From Elusimicrobiales bacterium (GTDB lineage Bacteria; Elusimicrobiota; Elusimicrobia; Elusimicrobiales; UBA9959), in contig JAMPXK010000002.1 in assembly GCA_023701245.1 (NCBI GenBank), forward strand, positions 40,960 to 104,959: a stretch of 64,000 nucleotides of DNA. The letters are read 5' to 3'. Shown in pieces: positions 44,841-51,034 of this stretch. The notes under the pieces were generated by a model that saw only the letters and a list, made by a program, of their open reading frames with translations, searched no databases and was not told where the DNA came from. A program made the translations under genes and the position numbers. Each line of letters begins with the position of its first letter. Within the stretch, counting starts at the first letter, position 1.

Positions 44841-44875
44841 CCCGACAGTACGCTGTCGGGTTGGTCTGCTATGCT
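44841..44875 (+). promoter_or_regulatory. candidate operator-promoter module: CCCGACA-N6-TGTCGGG, 6 nt, TGc, TATGCT (copy 3 of 4, orphan)
   Basis: Palindrome 44841-44860 and TGcTATGCT 44867-44875. It points into the 3' end of the convergent MBL-fold gene. An extra half-site TGTCGGG lies at 44888-44894. Confidence 0.5.
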
Positions 44876-44899
44876 TTTAGTATGGGTTGTCGGGGGACT

Positions 44900-45886
44900 T
44901 TATTCCGGGAGTTCCACGGGGGCGGCGTCGCCGGCCACGCAGAATTCCTGCGTGCCGTCCAGGTCCGTGCGGAAAACCTTGGCGCCGGCGCCAAGCAGGC
45001 GCTCCAGCGCGTTCTGGGTGGGGTGGCCGTAATTGTTCTGGCCTACCTCTATATAGGCCTTGGCGGGGCGCACGGCCTCCAGGAAGGCCTCGGTGGAGGA
45101 GTACTTGCTGCCGTGGTGTCCCACTTTCAGCACGTCCGCGCGGAGCTCGTCGCCGTACTTTTCGGCCAGCAGCGTTTCCTTTTCGCCCTCGGTGTCGCCG
45201 GTGAACAGCATGGAGGAACCGCGGTAGGTCAGCTTGAGCATTATGGAGCAGTTGTTGAGGACCTCGCTGGTGGAGCTGGCAAAAGCCTTGTCGCAGGCGT
45301 TAAAGACCTTTATCTCCACGCCGGGGGCGCTCCAGTCCAGGCGGTCGCCGGCGGCGGGGTAAACGGTGTTGATCGCAAGGGCGGCGGCCTTCGCACGTAC
45401 GGCGTTGTCGCCGGTGGCGCCTTTATTGTCCACGCGGGTGTCGTAAAAATTGCCCACGGCTACGTTGGAGAAAACGTAGTTCAGCCCGTTGTAATGGTCG
45501 GAATGGGGGTGGGTAAGCACCACGTGGTCTATGGCGGTAACCTTCTTGTCGGCCAGGAATTTGGCCAGGCCGCCGGTGGCGGAGGAGGAGGGGCCGCCGT
45601 CTATAAGGGCGTTGGCGCCGCCGGGCAGTTCCAGGTAAATGGCGTCGCCCTGGCCCACGCTGAGAAAGTAGACGTTAAGGCCGGGGGCGGGGGTGTAGAC
45701 CGTGGCGTTGCGGGGTACGGGGGCGTAAGGCACCTCTACCGCGGGGGCGGCCTGGAGCAGCTGCTCAAAGGCCTGCGCCCGCAGGGGGGCGGGGGCAAAA
45801 TGGACTACGGCTAGCAGGAATAAGGCGGCGGCAAGAACTGCGTTCGGCTTTACGGGTGCTGGAGCGGGCCTGTTCACGTGATGCAT
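44900..45886 (-). CDS. MBL-fold metallo-hydrolase (ComEC C-terminal-domain-like), secreted
   Basis: ATG 45886 is preferred (SD GGAGG 5 nt upstream; the track ORF begins at GTG 45892). YFLSVGQGDAIYLE and VVLTHPHSDHYNGL, with an N-terminal hydrophobic signal. Confidence 0.8.
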   Translation of the reverse strand: MHHVNRPAPAPVKPNAVLAAALFLLAVVHFAPAPLRAQAFEQLLQAAPAVEVPYAPVPRNATVYTPAPGLNVYFLSVGQGDAIYLELPGGANALIDGGPSSSATGGLAKFLADKKVTAIDHVVLTHPHSDHYNGLNYVFSNVAVGNFYDTRVDNKGATGDNAVRAKAAALAINTVYPAAGDRLDWSAPGVEIKVFNACDKAFASSTSEVLNNCSIMLKLTYRGSSMLFTGDTEGEKETLLAEKYGDELRADVLKVGHHGSKYSSTEAFLEAVRPAKAYIEVGQNNYGHPTQNALERLLGAGAKVFRTDLDGTQEFCVAGDAAPVELPE

Positions 45887-45951
45887 ATCCACCTCCGCGT
45901 ATTGCTACTGGTCTCGCCGTGGTGAATCCGGATTAAGGTCCGGAGGTGGAT
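45887..45951 (-). promoter_or_regulatory. SD-sequestering helix in the 5' leader of the MBL-fold gene
   Basis: In the minus-strand RNA, AUCCACCUCC (45951-45942) is exactly complementary to GGAGGUGGAU (45896-45887), which contains the SD and abuts the AUG. The 45-nt insert has its own CCGGA/UCCGG hairpin. Confidence 0.5.
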
Positions 45952-46125
45952 GCTCCCCGGCCTATTCCGGGGATTACACGGCTGACGCATATACCTTACC
46001 GCCCATATTGATTTCGCTCAAGGGCCAAAAGGCCTATATCAATATAGGTCCAAAGGCCTATGCGCCTGGGCTCGCTCCATAGCGGGAGGGCGGCGCGCGG
46101 GTAAATGATAAAATAGTATTACCTG

Positions 46126-47688
46126 ATGGAAGACGCCTCCATAGAATTCAACGAGCAGTTCGCCAAAGCCCTGCATCTGCTGCAGCACGGCGGCGGCAAT
46201 GTGTTCGTTACCGGCAAGGCCGGTACCGGCAAAAGCACCCTGCTGCGCTACTTCCGGGCGCATACATCCAAGAAAATAGTGGTGCTGGCCCCTACCGGTG
46301 TGGCCGCCATAAACGTGGGCGGGGAAACCATCCACTCTTTCTTCAGGTTCAAGCCCGGCACCACCCCGGACAAGGTCCGCCGGGCCCGCAAGCGCGACGC
46401 GGAGGTTTACAGGGAACTGGACGCTATAGTGATAGACGAGGCTTCCATGCTGCGCGCGGACCTGCTGGACTGCGTAGACGCCTTTATGCGGATCAACGGG
46501 CGCGACCCGGGGCGGCCCTTCGGCGGGGCCCAGCTGGCGCTGTTCGGGGACCTGTACCAGCTGCCGCCGGTAGTGACGGCGCATGAGCGCGGCCTGTTCT
46601 CCTCCTATTACGAGGGGCCGTACTTCTTCAACGCCCGGGTGTTCAAGACGGCGGCGCTGGAATACGTGGAACTGGAAAAGATCTACCGCCAGAAAGACCA
46701 GGGGTTCATAGAGATCCTAAATGCCATCCGCAACAACCGGGTGAGCCCGGCCCAGCTGGCGGCCCTTAACCGGCGGGTGGGTGCGGACGTGGAGAGCGCG
46801 GGCGCGGGCGTGGTGGTGCGCCTTTTGACCACCAACGCCGACGCGGCGGAAATCAATAACGAGAAATTGCGCGCCATAGACGGCCGGGCGCATGTCTACA
46901 GGGCGGAGATAGGCGGGCAGTTTTCGCGCGACTCCTACCCGGCCGACGAGGAGCTGCACCTGAAAGCCGGGGCGCAGGTGATGCTGCTCAATAACGACGC
47001 CGACGGCCGCTGGGTGAACGGCACCATGGCCGCGGTGCAGGACATTATGAAGGGCCCCGCGGGGGCGGACGACGTGATACACGTGCGCCTGGCCGACGGG
47101 GCGGTGGAACCGGTGGAAAAGCACGCCTGGGAGCTTTTTCATTTCACCTACGACTCCGCGGCCGGCAAGATAAAGGCCGAGACCGCCGGGACTTTTATGC
47201 AGTACCCGCTGAAGCTGGCCTGGGGCGTTACCATACATAAGAGCCAGGGCAAGACCTTCCGGCGGGCGGTGATAGACCTGGGCCGCCGCGCTTTCGCGGC
47301 CGGGCAGACCTACGTGGCGCTCAGCCGCTGCACGGCGCTGGAGGGGCTGAGCCTGGCGCGGGCGGTGCGGCCCGGCGACGTGATGACCGACTGGCGCATA
47401 GTACGCTACGTGACCGGGCACCAGTACGGGGCCAGCGAAGCGGCCATGCCGCTGGACCGCAAGATAGACCTTATAACCGACGCCATAGCCAAGGGCGCCC
47501 TGCTGGAGATGACCTACCTGAAAGCCACCGACGAGCGCAGCCGCCGCACCGTGAAGCCGGTGAGCGTGGGGGACTGCCGCTTTAAGGAGCGGGTGTTCAA
47601 AGGCCTGGTGGCGGAATGCCTTAAGCGCGGCGAACGGCGCACTTTCAGGGTGGACAGGATACTGGAGCTTAAAGCCGTCGCCCGCTGA
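46126..47688 (+). CDS. PIF1-family SF1 helicase with a C-terminal WYL domain
   Basis: VFVTGKAGTGKSTLL, VVLAPTGVAAINVGGETIHSFF, IVIDEASML and WGVTIHKSQGKTF. The C-terminal TYLKATDERSRRTVKPVSV...RRTFRVDRILELK is WYL-like. Confidence 0.85.
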   Translation: MEDASIEFNEQFAKALHLLQHGGGNVFVTGKAGTGKSTLLRYFRAHTSKKIVVLAPTGVAAINVGGETIHSFFRFKPGTTPDKVRRARKRDAEVYRELDAIVIDEASMLRADLLDCVDAFMRINGRDPGRPFGGAQLALFGDLYQLPPVVTAHERGLFSSYYEGPYFFNARVFKTAALEYVELEKIYRQKDQGFIEILNAIRNNRVSPAQLAALNRRVGADVESAGAGVVVRLLTTNADAAEINNEKLRAIDGRAHVYRAEIGGQFSRDSYPADEELHLKAGAQVMLLNNDADGRWVNGTMAAVQDIMKGPAGADDVIHVRLADGAVEPVEKHAWELFHFTYDSAAGKIKAETAGTFMQYPLKLAWGVTIHKSQGKTFRRAVIDLGRRAFAAGQTYVALSRCTALEGLSLARAVRPGDVMTDWRIVRYVTGHQYGASEAAMPLDRKIDLITDAIAKGALLEMTYLKATDERSRRTVKPVSVGDCRFKERVFKGLVAECLKRGERRTFRVDRILELKAVAR

Positions 47689-47705
47689 GGGCGCCCGGGC
47701 GATAG

Positions 47706-47737
47706 AAAAGCGCGGCAAGCCGCGCTTTTTTGTTTTT
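47706..47737. terminator. bidirectional intrinsic terminator
   Basis: AAAA-GCGCGGC..GCCGCGC-TTTTTTGTTTTT between convergent genes. Confidence 0.7.
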
Positions 47738-47749
47738 ATGCTGCCCTCG

Positions 47750-47974
47750 TTAGAGGATGCCCTTGAAGTTGAGGGCCACAATGATCATGAACAGCACGGA
47801 GGCGGCGCCGCCCCAGACGAGGAGGGTGCCGGCCAGGCGCCCCAGTTTGTGAGCGGTCGGCACCGGCTCGACCGAGGCGGGGAATTTCCTGCGCAGCAGC
47901 ACTCCCGCCGCTATCGGCACGAAGGGCGCCGCCAGTATCAGCAGCATTTCCAAAAGGTAATAAATGTCGGTCAT
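47750..47974 (-). CDS. small two-TM membrane protein (74 aa)
   Basis: MTDIYYLLEMLLILAAPFVPIAAGVLL...LLVWGGAASVLFMIIVAL. Its ATG overlaps the stop of the upstream gene (ATGA at 47971-47974). Confidence 0.5.
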   Translation of the reverse strand: MTDIYYLLEMLLILAAPFVPIAAGVLLRRKFPASVEPVPTAHKLGRLAGTLLVWGGAASVLFMIIVALNFKGIL

Positions 47975-49419
47975 GGCGCGGGTACCTCTCTGCCGTTCTG
48001 ATAGCAGACTTTCTTGCCGATCACCAGTGTCGGGTCGGTATCCTCCTGCGTGCCCAGTATCCTTGTCAGTACCGGCAGGCGTCCGGGGACAAGGCCGAAG
48101 GTGCGGTAGCCGCAGACTATCACATTGTTGTTGGAAGCGAGTCCTATGCTCGTGTCCCGTGCCAGGTCCGCGTTCCACTCCTTCTCCCATTGCTGCTTCG
48201 CCTGCTCTGAGGGCGTCCCGTTGATCCTGTCGCTCCAGTAGGGGACGGAGAAATACAGCAGGCGCCGTGCTGCTATGGAAAGGCCCGTTGCGGGGTTCAG
48301 GGAGGCGTCGCCTATGGAGGCCGTGTTGCACCCGACGAACTGGACCAGCCCGCCATCTACCATCTTGCCTTTAAGCAGTTGCGCGGTAGAGCCTGCGTCG
48401 TATGATGCCGGGCCTACCGTCTGGATGCCTGGAGAACCGTGACCGTAGAGTTTCACTTCCTTGATCACGCTCGGGGGGAGGGTTCTTATATAGGCTTCCG
48501 CTTCCGTGGGGTCGCGGAAAGCTTTGTCGCCGTAGGCGGTCTTTACCGTAATGCCGTAGGCGTCCGAGGTCCAGGCGGTGGACTTCGCCCGGCCGGCCTC
48601 GTCCAGCGAGGCCGGGGCGGCGGATTTTACGGTTGAAGCGGAAGTGGTGCGCGGCGTGCCAAGGGCCGCCGCGGTGTTGGCGGCCACGAAAGCCCCGGTC
48701 TGGGCCGAGAGGCCCGCTACGGCGCCGTTCAGCGCGCCTTTGGGCAGGGCGTATTTCCCGGCGGTGGCGGCCTCATCGGCGTTCCCGCCGGCGAGGTTGC
48801 CGTCGAAGGCCTTGGCCATGTTGCGGTTTACATCCCCGGAAAGCGCGCCGGAAACCCCCGCTACGGTGGCGTCCACCGTTTTCCTGGGTAGTTCATGCTT
48901 GCTGAATTGGCCGGCGGCCTGCAGCCTCAGGGCTTCGGCCGCTTTCAGCGAGCGCAGTTCCGTTATGGCCTGCGGCTGCAGATAGGGCTGCAGGGCCGCG
49001 GCGTCGGCGTCGTTGAGGCCTTCGCCGGCCGCTTTGGCCAGCGCCGCGCGCACCGTGGAAACTTTCCTGCCGAGCGCCTGGGCGTGCTCGGGGCCTACCC
49101 AGATCTGTACGGCCCGGACTTCCGCAGCTGTGTAGCGGTCGGTGAGCTGGCGGGCCTGCTGCAGGTCCCACCTGGCGGCGGCGGTTTCGTACTCCCTGTG
49201 GACGGCGTCCTGGCGCTGCTGGGCGGCGTCCCTTACCGTAGCCAGGGCGTCTTCCCTGTCGGCGGCCGGAAGCTGGTCCCAGGTTTCCTGGGTGAAATGC
49301 CGCTTCTCGGTGAAAAATCTGAATTCCGGGCGCTGGGCGTCCCAGGCGGTCTCTTCCGCGGCCGCGGCGGCCCCGGCCGCGAAGGCCAGCAGCAGCAGGG
49401 CGAGTAGTTGTCGTTTCAT
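47971..49419 (-). CDS. secreted protein: long Ala-rich helical region plus a C-terminal DUF4347-like domain
   Basis: Signal peptide LLAFAAGAAAAA. The C-terminal KLYGHGSPGIQTVG...LVQFVGCNTASIG fits the HG.pG / GC pattern I associate with DUF4347. Confidence 0.6.
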   Translation of the reverse strand: MKRQLLALLLLAFAAGAAAAAEETAWDAQRPEFRFFTEKRHFTQETWDQLPAADREDALATVRDAAQQRQDAVHREYETAAARWDLQQARQLTDRYTAAEVRAVQIWVGPEHAQALGRKVSTVRAALAKAAGEGLNDADAAALQPYLQPQAITELRSLKAAEALRLQAAGQFSKHELPRKTVDATVAGVSGALSGDVNRNMAKAFDGNLAGGNADEAATAGKYALPKGALNGAVAGLSAQTGAFVAANTAAALGTPRTTSASTVKSAAPASLDEAGRAKSTAWTSDAYGITVKTAYGDKAFRDPTEAEAYIRTLPPSVIKEVKLYGHGSPGIQTVGPASYDAGSTAQLLKGKMVDGGLVQFVGCNTASIGDASLNPATGLSIAARRLLYFSVPYWSDRINGTPSEQAKQQWEKEWNADLARDTSIGLASNNNVIVCGYRTFGLVPGRLPVLTRILGTQEDTDPTLVIGKKVCYQNGREVPAP

Positions 49420-49508
49420 AGCGTTACCCTTTTACCGAAGCCGGCCCAGGGCCAAAGGCCGCAGCCGCGCCGGCGCGTGGTTATAGTCTAGCGTATGCCG
49501 GGTTTTTG

Positions 49509-50198
49509 TCAAGGGCCGTCAGGGCCCGCCTCCGCCTGGGCCGCCCTGGCGTAAATGGCCCGTATGCAGTCCGCGTAGGGCTGGCGCTTTTCTTTGGTGA
49601 AGTCCCGGTAGATGAGTTCCACGGCCCGGCCGGCGCCGAACATGGCGTGATCGATGGGGAAAAGCGTCTCGCTGCCCGGGGGCAGGAATTCTTTTTTTAT
49701 CTCCATGCGCAGACCCCACCCGGGCAGCAGGGAGAGGCAGTAGACCCATTTCTGTGAAGCCGGGTTGAAGATCTTTAGTACCGGGCCGGGAGCCTTGGAG
49801 GTGTTGGGCCGCATTTCCCAGGTCTGGCCTGGCAGGTCGCCAGCTGCCTGCATCAGTTCGCCCCAGAATTCCCGGAAGGTTTCTGCGGACTTGGGGTAGC
49901 GCACGGCTATATGCCTAACGAATTTTTCGAACTCCTCCCGGATGAGGGCCGGGTCCGCTTTCATTACCTTGGCCTTGTTGCGGTTCTCTTCGTCTATCCG
50001 GAGGCGGGTTATGAGGTCCTTGAGGGAAGCGGCTTCGGCCTCGGTGGCCGGGGCCAGGTACTGGGCCCGGAAGGTGAGGCGGTCCCCGGCCGGCGGCTGC
50101 ACGGTCACGTTGTCGCCGGCCACTTTCACCACCACGCCGAGCGACTTGTTGATGGTGTTGCGCACCGGCGCGTAAATTTCAAAAGTTTTCTGGTCCAT
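49509..50198 (-). CDS. hypothetical cytoplasmic protein (230 aa)
   Basis: Internal ATG 50198 is preferred (AGGGTGG SD; the longer track ORF would run through the operator region). No family recognised. Confidence 0.5.
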   Translation of the reverse strand: MDQKTFEIYAPVRNTINKSLGVVVKVAGDNVTVQPPAGDRLTFRAQYLAPATEAEAASLKDLITRLRIDEENRNKAKVMKADPALIREEFEKFVRHIAVRYPKSAETFREFWGELMQAAGDLPGQTWEMRPNTSKAPGPVLKIFNPASQKWVYCLSLLPGWGLRMEIKKEFLPPGSETLFPIDHAMFGAGRAVELIYRDFTKEKRQPYADCIRAIYARAAQAEAGPDGP

Positions 50199-50241
50199 CT
50201 GTTCCACCCTATGGGCAAATGATACAAAATTCCAAAACCAC

Positions 50242-50276
50242 CCCGACATTACGCTGTCGGGGTGGTCTGCTAGGCT
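50242..50276 (+). promoter_or_regulatory. candidate operator-promoter module: CCCGACA-N6-TGTCGGG, 6 nt, TGc, TAGGCT (copy 4 of 4)
   Basis: Palindrome 50242-50261 and TGcTAGGCT 50268-50276, in the divergent gap between 49509-50198 and radC. Confidence 0.55.
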
Positions 50277-50307
50277 ATTGCGCGGGGGCAAGGTAAAAGG
50301 GGGGCGT

Positions 50308-50982
50308 ATGAAAGGGGCCGGGACCATACAGGACATGCCGCGGGTAGAGCGCCCGCGGGAAAAGCTGATGCGCTACGGGCCGGAGAAACTGGCCGAGGAG
50401 GAACTGCTGGCCATCCTGCTGCGTACCGGGGTGCGGGGCAAAGGGGTGCTGGACCTGGCGGGGGAACTGCTGCGGCGCTTCGGCCGGGCGGACCTGGCCA
50501 AGGCGGGCTTCGCGGAATTGCGGGCTTACCCGGGGCTCGGCCCGGCGCGGGCCTGTGAAATACTGGCCGCTTTCGAACTGGGGCGGCGTTACCTCAACGG
50601 CAAAAAGGCCGGCATTTACCTCAAGCCGCGCGACATCTGGGAGGAGCTGCGGGATGTGCGCGACCAGAAGAAAGAGCACTTCGTGGTGTTCTACCTGGAC
50701 ACGCGCAACCAGGAGATAAAGCGGGACATCGTCTCCATCGGCACGCTGAACTACAACCTGGTGCACCCCCGGGAGGTGTTCGAGCCGGCGGTCAAGAACC
50801 TGGCCGCCAGCGTGATAGTGGCGCATAACCACCCGTCGGGCTGCCTGGAGCCGTCGGACGAGGACCTGAGCCTCACCAAGCGCCTGGCGCAGGCGGGCAA
50901 ACTCCTGGGCATAGAGCTGCTGGACCACGTGATAGTGACGAGGGAGGGCTTCATGAGCTTCAAACAGAAAGGCCTGCTGTAG
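50308..50982 (+). CDS. radC: RadC-like JAB-domain protein
   Basis: ATG 50308 with SD AAGGGGGG (the track ORF starts at TTG 50278). RPREKL...ELLAILLRTG and the JAMM motif HNHPSG..EPSDED. Confidence 0.85.
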   Translation: MKGAGTIQDMPRVERPREKLMRYGPEKLAEEELLAILLRTGVRGKGVLDLAGELLRRFGRADLAKAGFAELRAYPGLGPARACEILAAFELGRRYLNGKKAGIYLKPRDIWEELRDVRDQKKEHFVVFYLDTRNQEIKRDIVSIGTLNYNLVHPREVFEPAVKNLAASVIVAHNHPSGCLEPSDEDLSLTKRLAQAGKLLGIELLDHVIVTREGFMSFKQKGLL

Positions 50983-51034
50983 GCGGGCGCGCCGGTCAGC
51001 CTGGCGGATTAAAATGTAGAATAATTATCCGCCT

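Noticed and set aside
44861-45814. 317-aa plus-strand ORF starting right after operator copy 3.
   Set aside because: It is antisense to the MBL-fold gene, which carries HPHSDH and other family motifs, and its translation is Gly/Ala/Val/Leu junk. It is kept only as a possible non-coding antisense transcript (see findings).
50242-50261. Reading the CCCGACA-N6-TGTCGGG palindromes as intrinsic terminators, or as a classical LexA SOS box.
   Set aside because: None is followed by a U-tract, and copies 1 and 3 lie after separate, much stronger terminators. The sequence does not match the LexA-box types I can recall, and dinB, a typical SOS gene, lacks it. A REP-like repeat cannot be fully excluded without the whole genome.
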